From Blastocladiella emersonii ATCC 22665 (Eukaryota > Fungi > Blastocladiomycota): a DNA stretch of 64,000 bases. The position numbers were made by a program, and so were the translations under genes. Below the pieces are notes generated by a model. That model did not search any database. It was not told the origin of the DNA and worked only from the letters and a program-made list of their open reading frames with translations. Position 1 is the first letter of the stretch. Each line of letters begins with the position of its first letter. This document shows, one piece after another, positions 1 through 11,236 of this stretch. The stretch is from assembly GCA_025594325.1 (NCBI GenBank), contig JANHCV010000010.1:310001-374000 (forward strand), given 5' to 3'.

Positions 1-1133
1 GACAGGGACGCGGAGGGGGAGGCGGCGGATGAGGGGGCCACGCTACCGGCCACGGAACGGAACTTGGAAATGACCTCGGGCGGAAGCGCGCGCGGGAACG
101 GCTTGTTCGCCTTGCGCTGGTTGATGATGTGCTGCATGCACACGTACTGGTCGAGCGTCACGGCGTCCTGCCCGTTGAGGTCCACGATCTGCCTGCGCGT
201 TCGGAGAAGGGTGAGTTTGGTGGTGGCGAGGTAGCAGGGGGTGCGTCGCGAGCGAGTACCAGATAATATCAAACTCCTCGTGTGGCCGGCGCGATAGGAC
301 AAAGACCTCGTATGCGTGGTGCTCTAAACGACGGTGAACGAGGTCAGCGCGAGCTGGCCAAGTGCAGAACGTGCGATAGTGACGTACTGGGCAGGAGGTC
401 GTTGGTCGTCGGCGCGCGCTCAAACTCCATTTCGTACTTGAGCTTCTCCGCTGGCGGCATGTACCAGTCAAAGTTGTCGGTGAATTCGATGGTCGGCTAC
501 ACTCGGGGAAGCGTCAGTGAGGAGCTCGCCGCACAAACGATGCCCCGAGTCGTACGCCGCGCAGCACCTGGCCGGCGAGCTGGTTCGGGTCCATCATCAC
601 GCCGAACTGGCCCGGCATCATCATCCCGGGCACCATCATACCCGGCATCCCGGGGATCGGCGCGGGGCCCATACCCATGCCCATGCTGGACAGGTTCGGG
701 ATACCCGGAACCCCTGCGGCGAGGGCGAGCGGGTCGGCGTTGGGGTTGAGGCGGTTGACGGCGGCCTTGATGGGCGGGATCATGTAGCCGGGGAGGACGG
801 GCGGGATCGCGGCGCCGTTCATGCTGTCGTAGATGAGGCGCATCGCAATGATGAACTCCTCAATGTCGAGCGCGCCGTCGCGGTCCATGTCGGCGAGCTC
901 CCAGATCTTCTTGAGCTGCGCTGGGTCGAGCTCCGACTTGAGGAACACGGAGCGGCATTGTTCGCCTAGTCGCGGCGGTCGCGCGCGTCAGTTGGCGGGC
1001 AGGGCACACGGCGAAGTGGCGCCCGCAACGCACCCGTGACGACGCTGTCGATGGGACCGAGGCTGTTGAAGATGTCGCGGTAGCGGTCGCGCTCGGCAAT
1101 CGAGATGCCGCTGTAGGTCGTGGCGTTGGACAT
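1..1133 (-). CDS. EH-domain endocytic adaptor (End3/Pan1/Eps15-like), multi-exon, 3' end runs off the window
   Basis: Spliced translation MSNATTYSGISIAERDRYRDIFNSLGPIDSVVTG|EQCRSVFLKSELDPAQLKKIWELADMDRDGALDIEEFIIAMRLI is a canonical EH domain. A second EH-like segment (QIVDLNGQDAVTLDQYVCMQHII) lies near 130-190. GT..AG introns are visible. Confidence 0.85.
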
Positions 1134-1661
1134 GGCGTGGCGCTGGCGAGGTTCGAGTTGCGTGGTGCGGCCACTCGGGCAAGTTACATGGGCTTCAAGA
1201 GCGGCGATGCCACAAGTGTTTGCGTCGCTGGCAGGGAGAGTCGCTGACGGGAGGTGGAGGGGAGGGCAGGCGAGCTTCGCCACGGCTGCGCGGCGCGTCG
1301 GCGAGCGTCACCTGACCGCGGACTTCGCGAACGAACGCCCTTCTCCGGCGCCCGAGCTGACGTCCTTGCTCTCTCCCGATGCTCAGCTGTCAAAGCATGT
1401 GAGGCAATGAATCTTCATGAAGTAAGCAGGACGCGAGCTTGAGGCGCTGTCCGAGCCCTCGCTTGCGCTGTCCTCGGCCCGCGTCATGAGCCCGGCGTGG
1501 CTGGCGGCACCGCACCGCACCCACCACACCCTTGAGATGTGCTCCGCACCGACCGGCACTTCGAACGACCTTGGCTCCATCCTCCTCTCAACGAAATCAA
1601 ACCGAAGCGCAACAGGCAGGACGGCGGGCCCGACTTGCTGCACTCGCCTGCGCACGCCGAC

Positions 1662-2315
1662 ATGATGGCCTTTCGCACCCCGCGCATGCTCAGGGAGTAC
1701 CGCCCATGGGATGCTGTTATCTACACGTCGGCTACTCTCGCCCTCTTGGTAATTGGTCTCTCGGCCGCAACCCTGACCAGCCTCCGCTGGACCACCAGCT
1801 ACTACAAGTACATCACGAACGATATCTTCTTCGTCACGTTTGTGATCCTCGCTGCGCTTGTCGCCCTGTCCATAGTCCGCCACATTGTCATCGTACGTGA
1901 TACTCTCGAGCGCAAGCGTACCAGCGAGTACCGCTCACTCCCTCAGGGTACTCGTAGCGCTCGCCCAAGCCCGTGGTCGCGAGCAGCCTGGCACTCTTCG
2001 CCGCCGCGTCGTTCCTGCCGGCCTACGTTCACTACACTTCGAAAGTGGTCTTCCCCAGCGCCACCTTTTTGTGGGCGCCGTCGCTCATGGCCTCGCTTCT
2101 CGTTGCTCAGGTACTATCGTTCTCTCATGGAAATCCCATGAACACGCACTGACGCCTCACCCGTGCTCACACAGGCTTTGTTCTTCATCTCGGGCGTGCT
2201 CGCGCTGCGCACCCTTTCAGAGAGCTCGTGGCACGGCGCAAAGTCAAAGTCTCCCAAAATCCCCCTCCTCGCGCGGTCGATCGAGGATGGAGCATCGAGA
2301 CAAGATGATGTGTAG
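1662..2315 (+). CDS. Small ~4-TM membrane protein (MARVEL-like topology), 3 exons; start uncertain
   Basis: Four hydrophobic segments (AVIYTSATLALLVIGL, IFFVTFVILAALVALSIV, VVASSLALFAAASFL, LMASLLVAQALFFISGVLAL) join in frame through GTACGT..TAG and GTACTA..CAG introns. Confidence 0.55.
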
Positions 2316-2624
2316 TCCTTCCTGTACGAATGAGCGGCTCTGATGCCGAATAGGAATGGATCCGTTTATTGTCCTCGTCTTGAGCCGAATCCCGTCACCC
2401 GCTTCACTCTTCGGGCGTTTATTAATACCAACTCAGCCGTGAGCTGGTGCTTTCCCTATGGTTCAAACTATGGCGGGTCGCTGGATGCGCGCAGTCGGAC
2501 GTGTTGCGCCACATCGTGCGGGGACGTGATCAAGCGAACACGCCTGACGCCTCGGGCGGTGAGTTCCCACGTCCTTCACGCCGCTAGCCTTCACACCCAG
2601 CATTCACCAACAAAGCAACTCACC

Positions 2625-3704
2625 ATGGAATCATGGAATCGAATGAATCCAACTCACTGCAATGTATTTTGCTGGAGTCGCTCGACCTTGAGGACGACGC
2701 GGTAAAGCCGCCGTCGCCTCACACCCGCCCTGCCGCGCGCTCGCCCAAGCTTCTGGACCTTCCGTCGGACATTCTCATCACCTTGCTTCGCCTATTTTGA
2801 ATTCCGCGGGTCCAGAAACGTTCCTCGTGCGTGCGCACGCCTCGCTGTTCCGCATGGCCGTGTCGGACCCGAACGTGTACCTGCCGTGCTTGCAACTCCT
2901 GGTATCGCCACCTCCGCAAGACGCCCGCCGCGATCAAAATTCTGGTCTCGGTCTTGGTCTCTTCCCACCGGGCTACCATTTCGTGCTTAAGTGCGTCGGC
3001 AAATTGTCCAAGGCTCATCAACTGACTCGCCTTCAGCTTCGCCTCACCACTGTTCCGTTCTCTGCAGTTCACTGGTGCGCGCAATCGCGGTCGCAAAGTT
3101 ACCTGTTTCCGCTAATCATGGAATTGGCGATCAAAGAAACAAAGCCCTCCAGCGTCACACTCGACTTTTCACTCGTTGATGCCGAGACGTGCTGTCAATC
3201 GTTGTGCATGTTGAGGCTTTTGATCTCCCCTACCCTCCCTTGGAAGTGCGTCCGCTTTGTCCATCGTGCATCCGAGTTTATCAAGGGGACTAGCGCCCGA
3301 AATGCGGGACCAATCGGCGTCCGACTCCTTGCATGACGCCCTGTGCTCGCTGCGGGCGCTTTGCGGCGCTTCGCGAGCCCGTCACTCGGATGCGCCCCAA
3401 AGGACTACGCCAAAAGGCTGGCACTGCACAGTGTGCTTAAAGAAATTGAACAAAGCCCGTCCCGCCGAAAACGCACGGCAGCCGTGGCCCCGCACGTGCT
3501 GGACTTGCCACAAGCCCACGGTCGTCTACACCCGTCTTGGTGGTGTTTGCAAGCGTGAAGGACACGCACGCGTCGCCGACGGACTTCGATGTCTTCATCT
3601 GCTCGGCGTGCGTGTCCCACATTCGCAAGCTCGGGTGCGACTGGTGCTTCTACGGAAACGGCGGCGACGCCGTGTGGCCGTCCTCGGTGACCCACATCGC
3701 ATAG
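2625..3704 (+). pseudogene. F-box-like/Cys-rich zinc-finger family, copy 1 (frameshifted)
   Basis: LLDLPSDILITLL, NSAGPETF..RAHASLFRMAVS, WHCTVC, CWTC, CKREGH and ICSAC..GCDWCFYGNGGDAVWPSS are spread over several reading frames. Homologous to 4042-5103. Confidence 0.8.
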
Positions 3705-4041
3705 TTCAACGGAAAGCGCCGCCAAGGGACCGCTCGCCACTGCTCGAAATCTCGCAACAGCACCTTTGCATCAGATCCCAGTCAATAAACGTAAATTTTA
3801 TGGAATGATTATTTGTAAGTGACGATGATCGCGAATAAACTCGATACAAAGTGTGCCGGCCGCTGTAGTTGAAAGTTGCGCAGAGGGAGATACACAGGGT
3901 TTCGCGCTACGAGGAGGCGCGGTGGCGGACGTGTTGCGCCACACCGTGGGGTGACGTGACCGCGTTGACGCGCCGGTCGTTTTGAACGCGTCGAGTTCCC
4001 ACCGCCCTTCGACTGAACCACCCTCGAAGAAACATCTCACG

Positions 4042-5103
4042 ATGGCAACGAATGAGTTTAACTCACTGCGAAGTACTCCACTGGTCGTGCCCAATCCCGT
4101 CGACGACGCGCCACGGTCGCGGTCGCGGTCGTCGTCGCCGTCGGCTCACGTCGGACCTGCCGCCCAATCGCCTCTGCTACTCGAGCTTCCGTTGGACATA
4201 ATCGTTGCCATTCTCCACACGGTTCTCGAATCCGCGGGCCCGGACGCGTTTCACGCTCTCGCGCGCTCGCACGCCTCGCTGTTCCGCTTGGCCGTTTCCG
4301 AGCCGAACGTGTACTCGCCAAGCTTGCATCTCGTGTTAACACCTCCGAATGACGCACGTCGACTGGTTCCTCCCGAAGAACTCTTCCCGTCGAGCTACTT
4401 TTTCCTGCTCAAATGTGCTGGTAACTTGTCGAAAGCTCGTCGACTGAACAACCTCCGGCTCCATATCACCGTTGTCCCGTACCCTTTCCCCGGCGGCTTC
4501 CTCGCGGCGCCGCTGCGCAACTACAATGTTTTCGGGGTGCTTGTTTACTCGGTGGTCGACAAAATGCGGCCGTCGCGCGTCACGGTCGACTTATCACTAC
4601 TCGGAGCAGAAATCTGTGATCGATCGATTTGCATGCTGCACATGTATGTTCTTGCAAGGAAGTGCATGTCTTGGGATCGTATCCGGTTTGTCCATCGCGC
4701 AGCCGAGTTTGTCAACGGGGTCGGCATCCGAGTCACCGATACGTTTCGGAACCGTGTGAATTGCGAGACAATTTGTCGTGGATGCGGGCGAGGATGCCCG
4801 GAAAACATGTATCTCCAGTGCTGGGATTGCCCGGCGTGTTTGTTGAAATTCGACCAAGCTCGCTCCGGCGGGAACACACTGCAAACGCGGCCCCGAGCGT
4901 GCTGGACTTGCCGCGAGCTCGCCGTTGACTACGTCCGACTCGAAAACGTTTGCCAGCGCGAGGGTCACGTCTCGCCGGCGGACTTTGATGTCTTCATCTG
5001 CTCGGCCTGCGCGCCCCGCTTTCCCAGGCTCGGTTGCGACTGGTGCTTCTACGGAAACGGCGGCGACGCCGTGTGGCCGTCCTCGGTGAACCCCATTGAG
5101 TAA
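4042..5103 (+). CDS. F-box-like/Cys-rich zinc-finger family, copy 2 (intact, intronless)
   Basis: N-terminal LLELPLDIIVAIL F-box-like motif. C-terminal CRGC..WDCPAC..CWTC..CQREGH..ICSAC..GCDWCFY. Confidence 0.8.
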   Translation: MATNEFNSLRSTPLVVPNPVDDAPRSRSRSSSPSAHVGPAAQSPLLLELPLDIIVAILHTVLESAGPDAFHALARSHASLFRLAVSEPNVYSPSLHLVLTPPNDARRLVPPEELFPSSYFFLLKCAGNLSKARRLNNLRLHITVVPYPFPGGFLAAPLRNYNVFGVLVYSVVDKMRPSRVTVDLSLLGAEICDRSICMLHMYVLARKCMSWDRIRFVHRAAEFVNGVGIRVTDTFRNRVNCETICRGCGRGCPENMYLQCWDCPACLLKFDQARSGGNTLQTRPRACWTCRELAVDYVRLENVCQREGHVSPADFDVFICSACAPRFPRLGCDWCFYGNGGDAVWPSSVNPIE

Positions 5104-5459
5104 GTCGAGCTCGCATCCACAGAAAAGGCCGCACCAAGGGTTCACCCGCTGAAAGCTCTCGACGGCATGTTCGCATTGGCTCTCGTTCAATATACGTGAC
5201 TTTTAACAAAACATTCTTTCGTGGATGCTCAAAGTCGTGTCCTGTCCAGTATGTTTAGTGTACTCGATGCGGGCGACCATTGACGCCTCGAGCTCCCCTC
5301 TCCGCTGTGCAAACCGCCCGCGGGTAATCCAGCTGCGCCGTGACAAACCCCTGGACAACATCAAGAATTTCGAGAAAGATGTGCTTCTCTGGTTTTATTC
5401 GTATCGAATAAAGTCTCACTCTGCTCCTTGTTGAATGCGTTGACGCAGGGGCGTTGAAG

Positions 5460-5633
5460 CAGGGGTGCTAGTGGGGTGTGCGAGGCCGAAGGCCGAGCGA
5501 GAGAGCAAGACTCCCAGATGGCGGATCACGTGTGCGCGCGACGCGTGTCGGAGAAATCGCTCACCGTGTCGGAGAAAACGCCAAAAGGGAATCTGCTCGC
5601 CCTTCGGGCTCGCACACCCCACTAGCACCCCTG
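5460..5633. mobile_element. 174-bp MITE with ~42-bp TIRs and a 7-bp TSD
   Basis: Left CAGGGGTGCTAGTGGGGTGTGCGAGGCCGAAGGCCGAGC is the near-perfect reverse complement of right GCTCGCCCTTCGGGCTCGCACACCCCACTAGCACCCCTG. GTTGAAG is duplicated at 5453-5459 and 5634-5640. Confidence 0.92.
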
Positions 5634-5756
5634 GTTGAAGTTTGAGCGTGTCGCGCCACGGCGTGATCGTGATCGCCGTGAGGGGCGTGCGCCACACGGC
5701 CAGCGAAAATGCTCTGCGGTCCAGTAGCGCGTTCCCATTGCGCGAATGTGAAGCTC

Positions 5757-6869
5757 ATGAACCCCAGGATGTCCAAGGATGCAAACGACCCCCTGCAACA
5801 CGCACCGATTGACCAGCTCAGCTTGGCCGACGAGAACATTTCGCCGCAGTCGGAGGAGCCGCCCTCGGTCATTTCGGGGAAGGAATCGGTTCGGTTCATG
5901 GATCTCCCGACCGACATTCTTGCGTTGATCCTTCATAGTGTCATTGAGTCCGCGGGAGCCCAAGCATTCCAGGAACTCGTGCTGGCCTGTAATGCTCTGT
6001 TCCACATGTCAGTCAGCGATCCAGCCGTCTTTGCTCCAGCTTTGCACCTTGTTCTCGCGCCATCACGCGGTGAGGCTGAATTTTGTCCCTCTGTCAAAAC
6101 GCTCTGTCCCGCAAGCACCACTTTTGCCTTGGTACTTTTCTGCCTTCACGGAGAGTACTGCAAACGGACCTGTCCGCCGCTACACCTCACGTTGCTGCTG
6201 CGACCTACTCGAGGCCAAACTAAAGAAGATCGCAGGAACGCGGCGCAAGAGCTTCACCTGGTCGTTGAATGGATTTTCGACATCGCCAAGTCTAAGCTTG
6301 TCACAGTCGACCTTTCACTTTTGGAGGAGGCGACCGTGTCCTTCTTGTTGATTGTGCTTCACATGCGGCTAATCAAGTGCTCAACCGCTCCAGCGACCCG
6401 TCACATCCACCAAGCGTCCGAGTTCACCTCCTTCACTGGGACCGGTATCGAGTGGCCTCTCGGAACCGAACACAGTAAGCCGCTTGTCACTGTTTGCGCT
6501 GATTGTAGCCGGAGGGCTGTGCTTGGCGACGTGACCAACTGGCGCTGCTTGGCATGCCGCCCGGATGCGTCGCACGAACAGCACGTCGATGGCGAGGCGC
6601 AGCCAGTGCTTCATACGTGCTGGACCTGTCGCAACTCTTGCACGAACTGTGTCCCGCTCGAAAACGTCTGCCCGCGGGAGGATCACTTCTCGCCCGAGTC
6701 GTTTTGCGTCTGGATCTGCATCGATTGTTCGCCTCGCATTCGCCGGATCGGTTGCGACTGGTGCTTTTACGGCAGCGGCGGGGACTCGATATGGCCGGAT
6801 TGCTCGCCTTCTCCCATCGGCCAGATCGACGCTTCCCCCGTCGAGCAGCCCGCCGTCACCCAAGCGTAG
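5757..6869 (+). CDS. F-box-like/Cys-rich zinc-finger family, copy 3 (intact, intronless)
   Basis: FMDLPTDILALIL F-box-like motif. C-terminal CADC..WRCLAC..CWTC..CPREDH..ICIDC..GCDWCFY. Confidence 0.8.
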   Translation: MNPRMSKDANDPLQHAPIDQLSLADENISPQSEEPPSVISGKESVRFMDLPTDILALILHSVIESAGAQAFQELVLACNALFHMSVSDPAVFAPALHLVLAPSRGEAEFCPSVKTLCPASTTFALVLFCLHGEYCKRTCPPLHLTLLLRPTRGQTKEDRRNAAQELHLVVEWIFDIAKSKLVTVDLSLLEEATVSFLLIVLHMRLIKCSTAPATRHIHQASEFTSFTGTGIEWPLGTEHSKPLVTVCADCSRRAVLGDVTNWRCLACRPDASHEQHVDGEAQPVLHTCWTCRNSCTNCVPLENVCPREDHFSPESFCVWICIDCSPRIRRIGCDWCFYGSGGDSIWPDCSPSPIGQIDASPVEQPAVTQA

Positions 6870-7929
6870 TTTAACCACCCGATACTTCAGCGGGCACTGC
6901 GATCGCATACGTGCGCTCAAGTGAGCGAGCATGGGAATAGTCGTACCTGGGCGAGCTGTGCGACTTAACGACCGCGACAAGGCCGGTTTTGACGTGATGG
7001 GTGCTCGCGGCCCTGTCGCATCGAGCTGTATCAAAATATCAAAAATCAGTCGAGCCACCCAACCCGTTTGCCAAACTAGCAAGATTACTTTTCTTTGCTT
7101 CAGCCGCCCAAACAGTGGAAGCTCAGTGAGCTTCAGCCATGTTCACCATTACGAGCTGTAAAGCGAGCACTCGTAACACCGCCCATGTCTCCGCCCAGTC
7201 AACCAAAGCTTTCCAGGGACCATCTCCGGTTTCTTTGCTGTGCCGCAGCTGGGGCCCAGGACGTCCGCCATTGACTTTGCCCGGTCCGAAAGACGTAGGA
7301 CCGCACGACGAGACCACAACCATGGGGCCATGGGATGAAAGGGTGAACGAGTGCACGCGGGAGATGGCTGACTTGAGTGAGAGAAGAGATAGGATGCGGG
7401 AGTTGCTGCGGTTTAAAAAGGCCGCTTGGGGCTGGAGGGGAAGCGCAGCGCAGTGGCCTGCTCGACTTTGTATGCACGACCAAATGACGGTCACGCGACC
7501 GCTATGGCGTTGTTTATCACTGCCACGCCTAGAAGTTTGCGCACTCAGGCAAAATAAAATTGCGGACCCCAGTTTATGGAGGGAAATCGTGTAATTTTCG
7601 GTGGGCCATCATGTAGCAGCACCAGTTACGCAACATTGAGAAGCACGGCGTGCGGGCTGGCCTCTTGAAGGCCGCGGCATTCCGCATCTCCCAGGAAGAG
7701 CCAAGGACTTCTCTCGATGCCTGCAACGCGGGCTTCTGCCGTTCCCTCGTCGTCGTTCTCGACGATGGACGCGTTTCAATATCATGTGACGCCCGCGTGT
7801 GTGGCGCAGCTGTCCCACGGTCGTTCGGTCGTTTCGCTCGCCGACTGCCACTCCCGACTCTCGCCATCGTAATGCCAGCCAATGAATAAACGACCGTAGG
7901 ACTTGATGCAACACGTTAGATCAAACTCA

Positions 7930-9846
7930 ATGCACCGTCTCTCGCTCTCGGTCCCCGAGCTCGTGGACCAAATCCTCGCCGACGCCGTGCGCCTTCATGT
8001 CCGCAATGATCCGAGCGTCTCTCTCGCCCCGATCATACTTTATCTTCGGGTCGCTCCCCGTGCTCTCATTCCTGGTACATACCGGGCTGTTCGACAACAT
8101 GTCTTGACCGTTTCCGTGGACGATGCGAGTGCGACTGGCCGCACCGACCTTCTGCGCTTCCGTGTCGCATTTGGGCTCTCCATGGAACACACCGGAGCCG
8201 CAATCGAACTCGCAGTGGAGCACCGGCACTACGGCGTGCTCGAATTCTGGCGCGACTCGGGGCTTCCACTCACGTATCGCCGCCTCCCGCACTGGGCTGC
8301 CGTTCTCATGGGCGTTCCCGATCATTATTCCAATGACTGGAATGCAACCGCGAACGAGGCGGAACAGGCCGGCGATCTTGACCTGGCCCGCTTGTGTCGC
8401 CAGTTTGCCCAGACCAGTGTCCTCGCGGGTGCCAAGGTCGCAGCTGGAGACCTCGTCTGCACAAATGCCTACGACTTGGTCGAGACTGGGGCCTCCGAGC
8501 TCGCTTTCTTCAGTTCTCGTATTTCCATGGACGGTATTCGCGCACTCAACCGTGCCCTGTCGATTCCGGACCATCCGGTCACCTCACTCGCCTTGAACGT
8601 TACCGACTTGGACTTTGTTCGACTGCAAGCTATCAAGTTCCCGCCGTCGCTCACATTCCTGGGTCTGTACGGTAATCGCATTGCGCATCGATGCGCTCCG
8701 AACGGCACGTTCAAATGGCCCAACAATCTAACTTCGCTGGAAATCGAGGACGAGGACCTGACGCTGCCCCACTTTGCTGTCAACCTACGCTCCCTCCCGC
8801 CCTCGCTGACGGAGCTCGAGTTCTTCGAATGCGCGGTTGATTTTGCAGCCATCGAGCATCTCGCAAACGGACTTCCCGCTGCCCTTCAACAGCTGCATTT
8901 AATCGAGTGCACGCTTGATGCATCCGACGCGACCGTCCTTTCCCAACATCTCCCTGCTGGCCTACGCTCGCTTTTCCTGGACCGCTGCACGCTTGACGAT
9001 GCAGCCGTCGACGCCCTATCGCGCGCCCTACCTCCTGGACTCGAAGCGCTGAACTTGCGCTGCAACTTGATCGGGTCAACCGGGGCCTTCGCGCTCGCCA
9101 AGCGGCTTCCCCCGCGCTTGAAGATGTTGCACATTGGCAACAACTACGATATCGACCACGCCGCGCTTTGCGCCATCTTCGACAAGCTTCCTGATACTCT
9201 GGAGTCGCTCGACTTTGAGAACTTGAACGTGGACGCACGCACCCTGGCCGCTCTCGCGAGCCGTCCGCGGCCCTCTCTCAAGGCGATTGGGTTCGAGGAT
9301 GTCATGTCGGGACCTGACCGTGATCAATTTGGTGTACCAGACTTGGACGATGACTCCTGGGGCGAAGGAAACGCGGTTTCGGCTGGGCCCATCTTCCCTG
9401 CCCTCGAGAAGGTCTACCTCGACTGCTTCAAATTCGGCTCGAGCTGGAACGCCCGACTGCTCCTCCCGCGTTCTCTCGGCCCGCGCCTCCGCACGATCCA
9501 TCTTGCGGCGTGCAGGGTCGATGTGGACTGCGTCATGACGTTGATCGAGCGTGCTCCGCCGGAACTCGAGGACATCAACCTGTCTTGTAACGGGCTCCCG
9601 GACTTTGCTGCGACGGTGCTTGCTGCCGAACTTCCGGCTTCAGTTCAGCGGCTCTCGGTCGTGGACAACCCGTTCACCGAAGTCGGGTACATGCTCCTCT
9701 TCGCGCTCGGCCTCAAGCGAATGGGCAAACTGCGGATCTCGTACTCGAGGCGCGGACTCAACCAGGAGTTGACGGCGTTGTTTGAAAAGTATTCGAAGCA
9801 GGAGCCCGGGATTTTTCACCCCGTTCCCGCTCAAGTTCCCGAGTAA
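7930..9846 (+). CDS. F-box-like + degenerate ankyrin + RNI-like LRR protein (intronless)
   Basis: N-terminal SVPELVDQIL. Ankyrin-like VDDASATGRTDLL and IELAVEHRHYGVLEFWRDSGLPLTY. Many LPxxLxxLxLxxCxL/N repeats. Confidence 0.8.
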   Translation: MHRLSLSVPELVDQILADAVRLHVRNDPSVSLAPIILYLRVAPRALIPGTYRAVRQHVLTVSVDDASATGRTDLLRFRVAFGLSMEHTGAAIELAVEHRHYGVLEFWRDSGLPLTYRRLPHWAAVLMGVPDHYSNDWNATANEAEQAGDLDLARLCRQFAQTSVLAGAKVAAGDLVCTNAYDLVETGASELAFFSSRISMDGIRALNRALSIPDHPVTSLALNVTDLDFVRLQAIKFPPSLTFLGLYGNRIAHRCAPNGTFKWPNNLTSLEIEDEDLTLPHFAVNLRSLPPSLTELEFFECAVDFAAIEHLANGLPAALQQLHLIECTLDASDATVLSQHLPAGLRSLFLDRCTLDDAAVDALSRALPPGLEALNLRCNLIGSTGAFALAKRLPPRLKMLHIGNNYDIDHAALCAIFDKLPDTLESLDFENLNVDARTLAALASRPRPSLKAIGFEDVMSGPDRDQFGVPDLDDDSWGEGNAVSAGPIFPALEKVYLDCFKFGSSWNARLLLPRSLGPRLRTIHLAACRVDVDCVMTLIERAPPELEDINLSCNGLPDFAATVLAAELPASVQRLSVVDNPFTEVGYMLLFALGLKRMGKLRISYSRRGLNQELTALFEKYSKQEPGIFHPVPAQVPE

Positions 9847-9882
9847 GTTCCCGCTCAAGTTCCCTCGTAAGTTCCCGCGCAA
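9823..9882. repeat. 12-bp tandem repeat x5 spanning the LRR gene stop codon
   Basis: GTTCCCGCTCAA/GTTCCCGAGTAA/GTTCCCGCTCAA/GTTCCCTCGTAA/GTTCCCGCGCAA. Confidence 0.9.
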
Positions 9883-10078
9883 GTCCAATATATCTTCAAA
9901 TTGCTCTGCGAGACTCGCGAGTCTCGTTCACGCGCCGGAGCGACATGCCACGTTGCCCAGTGGTGCTGCTAGCGGCGGGGGAGGAACCGCGTTGCGCCAC
10001 CACGTGTGGCCTGCGCGGAAATCGCTCGAGCCGACGCAGCGATCGCGGTTGCGCTCCCACGCCGTGCACGCGAAACTC

Positions 10079-11155
10079 ATGGACTCAACGATGTCAGCAA
10101 ATGAAAACGACTTCCTGCAACACGTTCCTGTCGAGGATCTCAGCCTAACGGACGAGGCGACATTGTCGCAGCCGCTTTCTGCGATCCCCGCTCAGTGTGT
10201 CTCACGCCCGCTACGGCTCATGGACCTGGCTGTGTATACGCCGCAGGTCCACCTTGTCATTACGCCGCTTCATGGAACCGTTCACCATGCTAAACCGCCG
10301 GGTGGGCCTCTAAGCTACACCTATTTGCGTGCATGATCACGGTTGCGAAATTATGTTAATCTCAGTGCCCGCCGGTCCACCTGACTGCGATCCCGCGAGC
10401 AGCCTTCAGTTTGTGGCCCGCTGACGTGTTAGGTATCAGTAGCGAGCTTGTGCTCCCAATCGGAATGTCTTTGCAAAGCGGTCATGTTGTCGCAAATCAC
10501 GCTCGATCTATCACTTCTCGAGGGTTCCGTGACTGCCTCCATAATCATGTTGTGCCTCTTGCGGGAATCGAGTGACACACTTGCTTTGCAGCCCCGCGCG
10601 CCGCTCAAGATCATTCACCGGGCACCAGAATTCAATATTGGAGCAGGTATCCCATGGAGCGGCGGGCTTCAGTATCAACGGCCGCACGTAACCGCTTGCT
10701 CGGGTTGCACGCGGAGAGCGGTGCTTGGTAGCCCACCCAGCTGGAAGTGTGCGAATTGCCTGCCAGCCACGCAGCAGAACGACCCGTCAAGCGGCGACAA
10801 TCCCACGAAACTGAGGCCGCAAACGTGCTGGACTTGCCGCAAGCTCACGACTGAAGTCACCCCGCTCGAGCAAGTTTGCCAGCGCGAGGGTCATGCTTCC
10901 CCCCAGTCGTTTAATGTTGTTCTCTGTCCCGCGTGCTCGCCTCGCATTCGCCGGATCGGTTGCGACTCGTGCTTCTACTACAATGGCGGCGATGGCATGT
11001 GGCCGTATCGTCCTCCTGCTGCAATTGCTCAAGCCGAATCCGTGATGCTCGCTCAAGACGAAACTGCTGGCGAGCGGCAAGAATTTCCCTCACCCGCTCA
11101 CGACGAGCTTGCGGAGCCCAATCAAGACCAGGTCGAAGACGAGCCGTCTGTCTAA
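10079..11155 (+). pseudogene. F-box-like/Cys-rich zinc-finger family, copy 4 (internal deletion and frameshifts)
   Basis: N-terminus MSANENDFLQHVPVEDLSL resembles copy 3. The F-box region is truncated (LMDL|AVYTP) and there are stops near 10336. The C-terminal CSGC..WKCANC..CWTC..CQREGH..LCPAC..GCDSCFY is intact. Confidence 0.75.
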
Positions 11156-11236
11156 GCAAGCGACCCCCGCTCAACAGCAACTACATCCCGCTCACCCACA
11201 AGCGTAATGAATACACACACGGATCATTCTATTCCA

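Noticed and set aside
6931-7889. Cluster of 60-150 aa ORFs and a GAAGCTCA-G-TGAGCTTC palindrome at 7118-7134
   Set aside because: No recognisable protein motifs or element ends; a single short palindrome is expected by chance in 64 kb.
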